Shown: piece after piece, positions 30,366 to 42,800 of the stretch
Layout: every line of letters starts with the position of its first letter
Numbering within the stretch: position 1 is the first letter of the stretch
Translations under genes and position numbers: made by a program
Source: a virus
Taxonomy: Duplodnaviria > Caudoviricetes
Strand: one strand, 5' to 3'
Virus record (IMG/VR): IMGVR_UViG_3300011008_000038
Location: 1-64,000 of that record
DNA: 64,000 nt
The notes under the pieces: generated by a model
Databases searched by the model: none
Seen by the model: only the letters and a program-made list of their open reading frames with translations
What the model was told of the DNA's origin: nothing

Positions 30366-31274
30366 TTAAACTAATTCTTTTATCATATTAATAAATTCTT
30401 CTAAACTAATAATATCATTATCATCATAAACATTAATAACTTTATTATTCATATTTAATATATCATTATAACATTGAATAATATATGATAATAAATTATC
30501 AGTTTGATATTTACGTTGAGAATCATCAAATGATTGTTTATCAGATAAATATCCTTTTCGTTTATTTGTAAATGTAACTATTCTATTAGTTTGATTTTTA
30601 TCATGTATACTTCCATCTATATCAACAAATATATCACATTTATTTGTTAATATTTTAAAATCCCATCTATGAAATGGTGATACATAATTACTACCGGTTA
30701 TAGGATTATATGGAAATAAATTATTAAATTCAGGATATTCAATAATATTATAATATTGATATATAAATTTAATATTATTCTCATATAATAATTTCATAAA
30801 GATTCCTTCTATTCCATTAACATCAGTTAATGATTTTTCTATAATAGTTTTTGTATATTCTATTGATCCATTATTATAGTTAATAATAAATTTTAATTCT
30901 TTAGCTACTCTATCATCATATAATAAATTATCATATGCATTTTTAATAGATATTGATGTTTTATAATGTTCATTCAATTTTTCATATCTTTTAAATGATG
31001 CTATACTATGATTTTTTCTCATTCTTTGTTTATCTTCATCTGTCATATTTTTTAATCCATTTTGTAATCTTTCGATCATCTTTTCTTTTTTTGATTGATC
31101 AGTATATAGATTTTTTAAAAATTTACTTTGTTTTTCAAATTTATATTTTTTCATACATTCGAAACATAAATTTGGATTATTTCTAAATTTTCTAACCTTA
31201 TATGTATTATTACTAATTTCGTATGAATTACCACATTTATCACAAACCATTGTATGAATTTTTTTACTGCTCAT
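30366..31274 (-). CDS. Free-standing putative homing endonuclease (Zn ribbon plus Vsr/EDxHD-like domain), paralogue of 2671-3585
   Basis: CDKC...LCFEC; FHRWDFKIL...FVDIDGSIHD...DSQRKYQTDNL. Confidence 0.65.
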   Translation of the reverse strand: MSSKKIHTMVCDKCGNSYEISNNTYKVRKFRNNPNLCFECMKKYKFEKQSKFLKNLYTDQSKKEKMIERLQNGLKNMTDEDKQRMRKNHSIASFKRYEKLNEHYKTSISIKNAYDNLLYDDRVAKELKFIINYNNGSIEYTKTIIEKSLTDVNGIEGIFMKLLYENNIKFIYQYYNIIEYPEFNNLFPYNPITGSNYVSPFHRWDFKILTNKCDIFVDIDGSIHDKNQTNRIVTFTNKRKGYLSDKQSFDDSQRKYQTDNLLSYIIQCYNDILNMNNKVINVYDDNDIISLEEFINMIKELV

Positions 31275-31338
31275 ATATAAATTACACCTTCTTCATAATA
31301 TTTTATATATAAAGAATATATAATTATAAGATAAAGAA

Positions 31339-31381
31339 TAATATTAATAGATTCTCTATTATAGAGAATCTATTAATATTA
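31339..31381. terminator. 21-bp-arm palindrome after the RNAP gene
   Basis: TAATATTAATAGATTCTCTAT-T-ATAGAGAATCTATTAATATTA. Confidence 0.6.
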
Positions 31382-31393
31382 ATTTATGAATTT

Positions 31394-32790
31394 TTATATA
31401 TCTTCAACTAATGTGTCTGGATCAATGGTTATTAAGTTTATGCTCGAGTCATGTTTAGCCTTCATACCCAAGTTAAGAGAGGTGTATGATAGTTGTATAC
31501 TAAAAAGTCCTGCCATTTGTATATTTAATTTATTGAATAATTCACCTGCACATTTGTTACAAATTTTATCATTCAAACATGTCATTGGTGATCTCATTTC
31601 AACTGTCTTACCAATATATGAATCAATATTTTCCGATGTTAATAATTTTAATTGAGATCCTTCTTTAATGTATGAATACAATAAATCTTTTTTATTTGTT
31701 TTATTTACAGTGATTGGAACTGTTCTTTTTGTTCCACAATCAGTACCAGGTTCATCAACTTGCATCATTTGTAATAAAGCCAATAATTTTTTACCAATAT
31801 AACCTGATTGTCTAACTGCTATACTCATTGGATACTGTGATGCTAATATTGATGCATACTGACTAGGTATATCTTTGATTTCCGATCCTGTCATTAACGA
31901 TGAATCAACAAAATCAAATCTATCATCTATCTTATTCATTACAGGACCTCTCATAATTGCATTATTACGATAATTATTTCCAAAATTAAGGTTACCACTA
32001 AGATATTGATTCATACCAGGATCACCTTCTAATTCTTTTTTGGCATAGTCAATTAATTCATTTACCATTGAAACCATTGCATCAAGATCATGATTATTAA
32101 TTCTTTCACCATATTTTTTCCATAATTCTTTTTTCTTTGCTTCCATTCCTGGTAATGGTTTACTCATCTTTTCACTAATCGTATGGGATAATATACCAAT
32201 TAACCAAAATACCAATGTATCACGATGATTGATATAATCATCAAATTGTGATTTAGTTATGTCATCATTCATTAAGTATTTTCCAATGAGATCATCCAAT
32301 TCTCTTATTTTACTACCAACTGTTTCATTCATATACTTTCTAATTTGAATAGTTCCTGAACCTTGTAATACAAATTTATTGAATATGAATCTACCTATTG
32401 TAGATTCTATTTTTGGTTGTCCGTCGTAAAAATAATTTGCTGGAACTATAAATTTTGACCATGGTTTATATTTACTTTCTTTTCTATTTGCATTTCTACC
32501 ATTGGTAATATCTACAGTTGCAGCAAAAAATTCAACCAACATAGATCTTGTAATATCATCAGGTTCTGTATTTAATAATCTATCAACATCTTCTTTCGAT
32601 GTATCAACTGCTTTTATTTTATCATCAATTTTTGTTAATTCATATGAAGAATCAAATGTGTCGACAATTACGAATTTACCATTAGTACCATTAATGTTTA
32701 AGCCGCTAATTTTTTTATTCATAATTTCTTCACATTCAGCATTTGCTTCATCTGACCAAATACCTCTGACTGATACTGTATCTCCGTCAT
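31394..32790 (-). CDS. rpoC: Multisubunit RNA polymerase beta'-like subunit, exon 2
   Basis: The frame is open upstream of the listed ATG 32722: (T)AT GAC GGA GAT = Y-D-G-D. Bridge helix SGYIGKKLL, DCGT, Zn site RSPMTC...CNKCAG, trigger-loop helix LNLGMKAKH. Confidence 0.9.
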
Positions 32791-34182
32791 TATTTTATAT
32801 TATAAATAAAAATATTACAACACATCTACATATATGTAATCTTAAAAAATTACTGACGAGGAGATGTGTATTAATATGTCATTATCACAATCTAAATTAG
32901 AACGTAATCGTGAATTATTAAAAAATTTTATTTATGATCAACCAATTGATCCTGCTTATAGCATACCATTTGGTTCCAAAGCTTTTGGATGCATATATTG
33001 TATTCTTAATAAAATTAATAAGAAACGCTATATTGGTGCAACATATGCTATATGGGTTGGAACAGCTCATGAAGATCCAATTACACAAATTAAAAAACGT
33101 GCAACTGATTATTTATATGACTACAATAAAGCTATAAGTGAAACTAGTTCATCACAAAAAACTTTAAGACCTATTATAGAAGCTATGGTTAAATATGGAT
33201 TTGAAAATTTTATTATATATCCAATATGTGAAACTACTGAAGATACTCATTATGATTTAGAAAAATATTTTATTAGTTTATATAAAACATTAGATCCAAA
33301 ATTTGGATATAATGTAGTATTTGGTGGAAATAGTATTAGAAAAATTGGAAGTAGAATGACTGCCGATTATAAACGTACTAGATCAGATCCAATTATTTGT
33401 ATTAATCTAAATGAGAAAAAAATTATATTTTCAGAATCTATGAAATTATTTGGTGATTACATGAATTCAAGTAAAGATATGATTAAGAATGTAAATCGTT
33501 CTGCATTATCATATAAGGGTTGGTTTGTATTTTATATTGATAAAGAAAAACGAGATTATATTCTGAATTCACAATATGACCCAAAATTCAATCCAACTAG
33601 AAAACATTCTTCAGAAGCATTAGCTTTTTATACAGGTCTACATAATTCAGTGTCACATTATTTAGATAAAGATGATAAAACAAATAATGAATATTTTTCT
33701 GATTTTGAAGTATTACCAGAATTAAAATATTCAGATTAATATTTTTTATTTAGCTTAATATTTCTATTAAGATTGGACTATCTCTTCATCCTATAATATC
33801 AAATTATAGGAGGTTGGCACTACGAAATATAGTTTTCATTTCCATATTCCTCTCAATTGAAGCAGATTCATTTCTGCTTCAATTTTTTAGTCTCTACATC
33901 TTCTCAATATTTTTTTTAAATATTGAGCTTGACACGGTATTACCAGCTATCTTATAAATAAAATAATTTATAAGACCTCAGGTTCTCTTACGAAGTGTAT
34001 TCGTTTGTTTAAATAGATGAATTGTCATAGGATTCATCCCAACTTATATAACTTCTACCGTTAGCAATATAATCAACTATATATCACACCGCTTGTTAAG
34101 CGTTCACCAACTTTTTCTTATACTGTATTACTACAGTAGATGACCATGACCATTTTCATTGAAACATAGTATCAAGGGGTTT
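32791..34182 (-). mobile_element. Group I intron (IA-like) splitting the RNAP catalytic DxDGD motif
   Basis: IGS GUCAUGGUC (34142-34150) pairs with GACU|AUGAC. GUAA-capped P2; P AAGUUGGUGAA; Q AAUACCGUGUCAAG; R GUAGAGACUA; S GAAGAGAUAGUCC; P9 CUUAAUA-GAAA-UAUUAAG. Removal gives an in-frame 955-aa protein with SGDYDGDT. Confidence 0.92.
32876..33739 (+). CDS. GIY-YIG homing endonuclease encoded antisense inside the RNAP intron
   Basis: FGCIYCILNKINKKRYIG, KKRATDY, AMVKYGFENF, LEKYFI, GYNV match the GIY-YIG catalytic fold; C-terminal NUMOD/IENR-like segment; GAGGAG SD at 32858-32863. Confidence 0.88.
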   Translation: MSLSQSKLERNRELLKNFIYDQPIDPAYSIPFGSKAFGCIYCILNKINKKRYIGATYAIWVGTAHEDPITQIKKRATDYLYDYNKAISETSSSQKTLRPIIEAMVKYGFENFIIYPICETTEDTHYDLEKYFISLYKTLDPKFGYNVVFGGNSIRKIGSRMTADYKRTRSDPIICINLNEKKIIFSESMKLFGDYMNSSKDMIKNVNRSALSYKGWFVFYIDKEKRDYILNSQYDPKFNPTRKHSSEALAFYTGLHNSVSHYLDKDDKTNNEYFSDFEVLPELKYSD

Positions 34183-35653
34183 AGTCGCCTGACATAACTC
34201 GAAGATGAGACGAAGCAACCTTTAAAGTATCAATAAAATATTTTGCGACATCCTCATCTGAAAATTTATAATCTTTTTCTAATCCAAAATATTTTGCAAC
34301 ATCTTCTGGAACATTAACATGTACTTTGGGATAATATTTATATTCTCCTCCATTGTATAAAATATGCTGATGTTCTTTTGTTGTTTCAACATTTATTTTC
34401 GTAAAAAACATACCTTTATCAATTCCAACTGGATATCTAGAAACCATTACATGTCTATTTTTACATGTGTGATAACATGCTAAATACATGACATCACATA
34501 CCGTTAGTGGTCTATTTAATTCTTTATAAACATTATTTGGTAAAATTTCTTTACCTTTAAATCTATAATACACTTCAACAATTTCTTTCTTTCCATTAGC
34601 ATATGTTTTTTGCATTTTCAACATTATTGGATCAAATCTACTATCTGCATTTAGAATGAAATTATTAATCATCTTATTAATATTCTTATCGGAGAATTGT
34701 AATTCTGGATCCACAATTAATCCTTTAACCAATTCTTTTGTTTTCGGGTCAAAAAATTCACTCTCATATTGTTTGTTAATTAAAAATCTCATAAAGAAAT
34801 CTTTAATATAAGCTTTTATGAATGGATGAAATGCAGAAGCACACTGTGAAATTGGAACTGCTGATTCTGCAAGACTTACCATAGAATCTGATATTCTTTC
34901 ATGATTATATGAAGGAGCTGCAATAACTGATCTTACTCCCCAATCTGTTGATTTACCAAGTAATGATCTACGAATAAGTCCTTGTTTAGTTGCCAATAAC
35001 TCTTTAAAATAGTTAAATATATCAACTAACAATGATTGTATTTTTGATTGTGTTGCAAATTGTTTTCTTGCAAATAATCCACCTTGTTGAAGAAGTGCAA
35101 CATTACGAATTACTGATGTGTATAAATTATTTAATTCATTTACATAATCTGAAGAATCTAATGTACCAGAAAGCATGATATCTCTATAAGAAGGTGGACA
35201 AACTAATAGTTTGTTTGTAAATACTAAATCTTTTGGCAATTTTGTAATTAGATCTTTATTAATTGTATCGGCAGATAAACTTACACTCCAATCAATCTTA
35301 TCCCAATTATCATATAAATCATCTAAACCAGTCCACGCATCTGGACCAGAATCTTCTTGGATATAATTATTTTTTATTGAAAATTTTTTCTGTCCTGAAA
35401 CTAAATAAATTATATCTTTAAATAATCTATTCTTCATGACATTTTGATATATGTGTGGATGTAGAAAATGTCTTCTCAAATCAATATATGCATATGTTGA
35501 TAGACGATCAGTTCTACTTAATCCAAATATTGAATTTGATAGAATACCTTCATCATCAAAAGTCATCTTTGTAGAAAACAGATGAGGAGATGATACTTCT
35601 TTTAATGAATTAACATCTACCAATTTATCAATATTTAATATTTCGATTTTCAA
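34183..35653 (-). CDS. rpoC: Multisubunit RNA polymerase beta'-like subunit, exon 1
   Basis: GILSNSIFG, YAYIDL, LVCPPSYRD, GLIRRSLLGKSTDWGVRSVI (beta' region C), SRYP; ends S-G-D-T( ) at the intron. TTG start. Confidence 0.92.
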
Positions 35654-35687
35654 TTATAAAACCTTCTTTCTTAATTTATGGAAAATT

Positions 35688-35731
35688 ATTATATTAAGTG
35701 AGAGGTTCTAATACCTCTCACTTAATATAAT
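35688..35731. terminator. Hairpin terminator
   Basis: ATTATATTAAGTGAGAGG-TTCTAATA-CCTCTCACTTAATATAAT. Confidence 0.7.
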
Positions 35732-35744
35732 TTAAATATAATTA

Positions 35745-36203
35745 TTATTTTTTATTATGATATCCAAAAACATGTTTTTCTATCAATGTACTAATCATGG
35801 AATTAATTTTTTCTTTTCCACCTAAAATTTCCAATGTTGATGAATTTTCATTTAATAATGAAGATGGTAATGATTGTTCTACTAAACGTTTACAAGAATT
35901 TTGTAATTCTGTAATATCATCCATTTCTAATTTACCATTATTTCGTTCCTTTAATTTCTTTGCCAATTGCATATTTGATGCTACAGCTGCTTCTACAGTG
36001 GAATCTAAGATTCCATAAACTTGTTGTCTAATTTGATTTTCTGATGATATTGCTACTAATTCTACTTTAGCTGCTATAATTCCTTTAATTTGTTTAACTA
36101 TCTTTGTACCAATATATGATAATATTCCAAGAATACTTACCACTACTGGTATTCCAATTGCCTCCCAAATATTATTTAATATTAATTTCCAATCCATTAA
36201 CAA
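35745..36203 (-). CDS. Holin-like membrane protein (LL-H type?)
   Basis: Single N-terminal hydrophobic helix (IGIPVVVSILGILSYIG), then VEAAVA and a helical C-terminus. Confidence 0.45.
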   Translation of the reverse strand: MLMDWKLILNNIWEAIGIPVVVSILGILSYIGTKIVKQIKGIIAAKVELVAISSENQIRQQVYGILDSTVEAAVASNMQLAKKLKERNNGKLEMDDITELQNSCKRLVEQSLPSSLLNENSSTLEILGGKEKINSMISTLIEKHVFGYHNKK

Positions 36204-36256
36204 TCATCCTTCCTAAATAATTATCATGATTTTAATAAATTGTCCTAAACTTCAAT

Positions 36257-36266
36257 GATATATTAT
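36257..36266 (+). promoter_or_regulatory. Candidate phage promoter element GATATATTAT
   Basis: 40 bp upstream of the 36306 ATG. Confidence 0.4.
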
Positions 36267-36305
36267 TAATATATAAATAATTTAAATCAAAGGAGATTTT
36301 TAAAA

Positions 36306-36788
36306 ATGAATTTACTTGATATTATTCATCATGCAACTTATGATCCAATTAATAATCCAATCGATACATGTATTAAAAATTTATTGGAATCTGACATGAG
36401 TGAGAAAGACATATTAGATTTCAAAACTAAATTGTTATTCCAATTATTAACTTCAATGACAAATGATAAACTTTCTGAAGAATCAGAAGCCAAATTTAAT
36501 AAAATTCATAAACAATTGAAAAGTATTAAATCTAGCATTGACGATTTACCAACAAAAAAGAAATATGATAAATTATTAAAAGACATCGATAAAAAATTTC
36601 CCAATTTTACTAAAATGGCCGAATGGCATGGATACATGCTTGGAAAGTATTATTATAGTAATTTATTGGATGGAATTCCTGATCCTTACAAAAAGGAATT
36701 AAAAAATGATTTTAAAGATCTTGATAAAATGATAAATTTATTTGGTAAACCCGATACTGAGGATAATCAACCAGTTATAGAAGTATAA
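36306..36788 (+). CDS. Hypothetical protein
   Basis: 160 aa, AAGGAG SD. Confidence 0.75.
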   Translation: MNLLDIIHHATYDPINNPIDTCIKNLLESDMSEKDILDFKTKLLFQLLTSMTNDKLSEESEAKFNKIHKQLKSIKSSIDDLPTKKKYDKLLKDIDKKFPNFTKMAEWHGYMLGKYYYSNLLDGIPDPYKKELKNDFKDLDKMINLFGKPDTEDNQPVIEV

Positions 36789-36792
36789 AAAT

Positions 36793-36831
36793 AATATAGT
36801 CGGGAGGATATTGATTCCTCCCAACTATATT
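36793..36831. terminator. Bidirectional hairpin terminator
   Basis: AATATAGTCGGGAGGA...TCCTCCCAACTATATT between convergent genes. Confidence 0.7.
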
Positions 36832-36848
36832 TAACTTATTATTATTTT

Positions 36849-39800
36849 TTAATCTAAATCATATTCTTTTTCTCTAATAATAATTCTAGCATTCTTTTCA
36901 ACATTATCAATTCTTAAATAATTTGAATCTGTTATAAAATATGCAGCTTCTGATATATTTGTAACAAATTCTCCATATTCGTTAAACATTCTAACTACGT
37001 ATCCATACCATTCATTATTACCAATGACAGATCTTTCACCTATTACATTATTTTCAATCTCTTCATTCCAAACTTCATTTAACATATCAACTATCATTTC
37101 ATCTGTAATTGGTTTAAATCCAAATTGACTAAATGTCATATTTCTATCAGCAAATGGTTTAGCTTCTAATGTTGGAGTATTTATTATTAAATATTGATAT
37201 GTTGCTTCTGTTATTTGATCCAATGTATCAGTTTCTTCAACTCTAGTAAGTATATCTGTTTCATTATTTGTATTAATCGGATACTGTTTGAATTCTTCAT
37301 TATCAACAGATACTTGTTTCCAAACTGGAGTTAATAAATACTCTTGCTCTTCTAAAGTATAATTATCTCCTTCTAAATTACCTGTTAAAGCATCATCTAA
37401 ATATGTTGTTAGATTATATCTTAAATGAGGTCTATCATATTTTGTGAATTCTACTTCTAAAAAATTATCACTAAAATATTCATTACTATCACGATTAATT
37501 TCAACAATTTCAAAATTACGTAATGATTGTAATCCGTGAAGTATTAATTTAGTTGGAGTTATTATTGTTACTTCGTTATCTAATAATCTACCATTCATCC
37601 AAAACTCATAATATTTTTTATTTAATGGCTTATTCAGTTTTCCAGTTAAATCAATATATCCATTTGAAGGAACTAAATGCTGTGTATAAACTGATCTCAT
37701 TGGATAAGGTACAACATGAAATTCTAATTTATCAAATGCTTTGTATAGATTCAAAAATGTTATATCAGTTCCACTTTCAGTTTCATTTACTAATAATGAT
37801 GGTTTGCCAGTACTTGGATTTACCAGTGGATATCTGCCTTGTTCTGTCATCAAATAAATTCTATCTGAAGGAATTTGATAATCATCAATATGAATCGTTG
37901 GACTCATAATCCAATGGTCATCTATAAATGTATAAACTCTAGAAGTTTTTGATATGATAACTTCATACTCAATTGGCTCATATAAATCATACAGGCAAAC
38001 TATTTTAATTTCTTCTGGTACAGGAGCTAATTTATTTGTTACATTATGAATATATCCATCTCCATAAACTTCTATCTTTTCTGTTACAAATTCAATATTA
38101 ATTCTAGCACATTGTTTTTGAGATTGAGAATCTCTTTGATAACATTCGAATTGTAATGTAATATTTTCTTTAGGCGGATTCACAAAATGTAATGGTTTAA
38201 ATGTTAAAATTCCACTACCATTATTTGACATATCAGCCGTTACTATACCAAATACATGTGTATCATAGAATTGATTATAACACCAAACATTTCCATTTAC
38301 AAATTCATCACCCGTTTTGGCAATAGCACAATTAACTATTTTTGTTTGAGTTTCAAATCCTCTATTAGTAGCTTTATCATCTTTAAATCTAATTTCAAAC
38401 TTAGTTGTATCTGATAAATCTTCAAATCTATTAGCAGATTTATTAAATATTTTAATATCTTCTAAATGAATTTCATTTCTATAGTGCATGTAATTAGCTA
38501 ATTTAAAGTTAATTTCATATCCATAATCATTACCAAGAATGAACGTTTCTCTCTGTTCAAATGGTAATAATTTTCTAATCTTAACTTTATTATTTGTATT
38601 TATTGAAATATTAATCGGATCAGTAATAACTTTATCTATTATTGATGATTTAATACTAATAGTAGCATTACGTTTTAAATTTTCATTTTTCATTTGACTA
38701 TACGCTGATTTGTTTAAATATAGTCTCATATCATAATTATGTATTTCATCATTATGGTATAATAAATCAAATCCATAATCAAATGTTTCCAATGTCCATA
38801 TATTAGTATCTGATAAATTTTCCCATCTTTTCAATGTATAATTATATACACTAAGATCAGATAATTTAATTTGATGAATGTATGAATTGGTATCATAAAA
38901 ATCAACATGAAATTTATTCCATTCATTATCAACAATAATCGGATCATCATAAATATATCTATTCGATCCACTAAATGTTTTGATTCTGTATGCTGTTCTG
39001 TGTCCATCATAATTTGGATCATTTTCAATAATTATCCAATCATTAATATTTCCATCTTCCCATTCATCAGTATCATATGGTAATTTATCAAATACATATC
39101 CATTCATATTACTTCCATTATTACAAATTCTTTCTCTTTTTAAAAATTGAAATTCGTTTTTAAATGATTGATTATTCGGAATTCTATCTTCATATGGAAT
39201 AATTCCATCAATAGGTTCGATAACATTTTCAATTCGATTATATTCATGACCTTTATCGTATGAACTTCCAATCAGCCAGTGAAATGTTGGATCACCGATT
39301 GATTTATTCCAGTCTATTGTTGGATATATAAATGATTTATTTCTGTCACCGATTGCCAAATCATCATATCGTTTTGCTATATATGTATATTCTTCTTTAT
39401 CTGGACCATTTATTGCATATTTGGCAATTCCATCCGAAGTTAATTTATCATAATATCCATTATTATATTCATCATCAATATTATTGACAGAATCTTTTAT
39501 AACTGAACCAGCTATAATCGCAGGATTAGTTTTTTCAACCACAATTGATGTATCATCCGTATCTAATGATTTAATTCCTTTAAATGGAGTAGAATCTAAT
39601 TCTGATACTATTGCTTTCACATATGATTCAGATCCATCTATAAAAATATCTTGTCCAGTTGAATATCCTGCTCCTGGATCTATAATTGTAAAATCATTTA
39701 TTTTATAAATAAAATAATCTTTTCCTGGAATATAAATTGAATTATTCTTGATATTCATTATTTTATTAGCTTTTATATAAATTTTATCTTTATTATCAGC

Positions 39801-42800
39801 ATGACGAATTATAAAATCAGATGTTTGTTTTCCTCCAATAAATACTTCATATGAAGTATTCAAATCATATGTATTATTTAAATCAAATCTAACTAAATCA
39901 GATTCATTATATTGATCATTAATATATTCATCGGAAGATTCATCCCATAATAACGTAAATAAGGATGATGTGATTTTTGATGATGAAATATTAACCATTA
40001 ATTTTTTACCATTTCCAACTCTTGCTATAGTTTTGTATGATCCTGAAAGTTGATTTGGTAATGCATAATTCATAATTGGAGCTACCGAAATAACTTCTCC
40101 ATTGGTATCGATTTTTCTAACTTGATATAATATTATATCATTCTCGTAATCTAATTGAACGATATCACCAATTTTATATCCTGATCCACTATTTCCAATT
40201 GTTGAAGATTTAATATAATAATAAGGATTTAATAATTCAAACAAATCAGAATTTTTTTCTATATCTCTATTTATTTTATCAATCTGATTTAATATCGGAT
40301 TATATTCTTTTGACAATAATGGAATATTATTTATCACATATTCAATACTATTAATAATAGAATTGAATAAATTATCAAATTCATCTTTATGTAAATCTTC
40401 AATATCCCAATTATAATAAATACGTAATTCATATGTAATATCTTTCAATATTGATATTAATTCTTCTCCATTACTCCAATCAGTTCCATTATTGTAAAAA
40501 TTACTTAAATTAGAATAATTATTTAAAAATCTCTCATGATAAAAATTATATTCCACAGTAGTTTTATTATTAGTTTTAGCATACTCATAACTATCAGTAA
40601 CCAATGATTCAATATTTGTTATGATACTATCAACATCAATATTATTTCTAATATCAATATATGTGTTACACAATCTATTTATTCTTTCCAATGATCTAAA
40701 TAATGTATCAACATAATCTACAGTATCCTGTTGAATATGATTTACACATTTCTCTTTAATAATATCCCATTTATTTTTTATTACTGAAATTGAATTAAGT
40801 ATAGATTCCAAATGTTTATTATTATATCGATTTGGATTTGAAAGATTCTTACCAATTTGATTTAATATATTAATAATCTCACTAATATATGATTTAGCAA
40901 GACTATCGTCTGTATAATAAATATGCTCAACTGATAATGGTTTTACTAATATTCCAATACCATCACCATTTGTAATTCCTTCAAACAAATTTAAATTATC
41001 TTTAGGATTTAACAATTGCCAATTATAATAATTCAATGATTCAATTGTAGTAGCTCTTTGTATATTATCACTTACTTCAGTAATTCTATAAAAACCTAAA
41101 TTTGGAATAAATAATTCGTCACCAAATTTATGTAGTACTCCACCGCTAACTATTTCAATATCATTTATTTTATAAAAGTCACTATAATTTGGATGAGTAT
41201 TAACTTCAAAAAATTCTTCATTAACTCTATTAAGATAATTAGCTAAGCTAATCAAAATATCATGATATGGTATTACATATGTAACAAACACATTAGTATC
41301 ATTACTAATGGAATATATCCTATCAAATACTTCAAATTCATGATTAATAAATTCTTTCCATTTATTAGATTCACTGATAGCATTTAATAATTCAGAGTTA
41401 GACCTTACACTATTATTTTTCCCAGCTATATATGATACATAATACAATATCTTATCAATATAATTTCTAATATTATTATCAAATTCTTTTTCAGTATTTC
41501 CTAAATATAATGATTCAAATTCTTCCAAGATTGAATATACTAAATTAAATGAATCTATTAATTTAATTCTAGCTTCCATATATCTTTCAATATTGAATTG
41601 TAATAAATTAATAACATCATATGCATTGTCTAATTTTGTTAAGAGATCTTTATCTTCTTTTTGATCAAAATATATCCAATATTTATTAATTTCTTTTGAT
41701 AAATTATTTAAATCATTTTTAACTTCTGATACTGTATCAATGAAATCATTAATTTCTTCTTCTGTATATGATTTATCTGGATCAAATTTTGCATGTAATA
41801 AAGATGTTGATTTGAATAATTTAGTACGTTTTTCTTTCACATCATGACCCCATGAATTTTCAAATTGGTTTATATATCCAATTAATGAAATATCATTTTC
41901 GCCAGTTTCTTTATTATAAACTTTATAAACACTTAATTCATTCATAATTCTCATAAAGTTATCAATATCGAAATTATTCATTATACTACAAATATTATCA
42001 ACTTCATACGATACTTTATTCTCCAATGCAATTTGTAATCTATCCTGAATATCTTTTTTATTCTCACAAACATCTTTACTTACAGAATCATTATGAATAT
42101 CAGATAATAAAGTATTAATATCATTTACCAATGCTTCATGTATTTTAATGGAATTTATTAATGAATTAATTTCTTCATGTCCATAAATTGCTAAGTCCAA
42201 TTTATTAATATCATTTAACAATTTATCAGAATTAGATTGTATTATTGATAAATTATTTTTTAATCTAGTATAAAATTCAATAATTAAATCATAATCTTCA
42301 ATTAATAAATTATTTAGTATCCAATCAACATCAATTTCAAGATTTCCTATATGATTTTTAATATCATTTTGTAAATTAAAAATTATTGGTATAATTCTTT
42401 CAATATCAAATGAATAGTCCGGTCTATATAAAACATTTTCTTCAATAATTTTATTTGTATCTTGTAATGTAAATTCTGAATCAAAATACTGAGGACTCCA
42501 TGTCTTATATAGATAATTTTCATATGCTGTTATTTTTTTATAATTCATAAAATTACTATTAATAGCTTCATTCATTTTATCTACTGAATAATCAAAAGGA
42601 AATTCATTATTCGATGATTTTAAATAAGTAGCTAAACCCATTTTAAAATAAGGATCTGATGATTGAATAAATAATTGATTAAATCGATTATATGATTTAT
42701 TATCTATAATATATTCAATAGCTTCCCACCGATATTTTGTATTTAATATTCCTTTATAGATTGAACGTACTCCTAGCCAATAAAATTTCTCCATAAATAT

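Noticed and set aside
32786-32790. Canonical omega-G 3' splice site at AUG|AC for the RNAP intron
   Set aside because: It gives D-Y-G-D, losing a catalytic Asp, and does not fit the P10 pairing. Kept only as a possible alternative splice event.
34181-34183. TAA stop suggesting a split beta' gene
   Set aside because: The TAA straddles the 5' splice site; a full group I core follows and exon 2 continues the motif.
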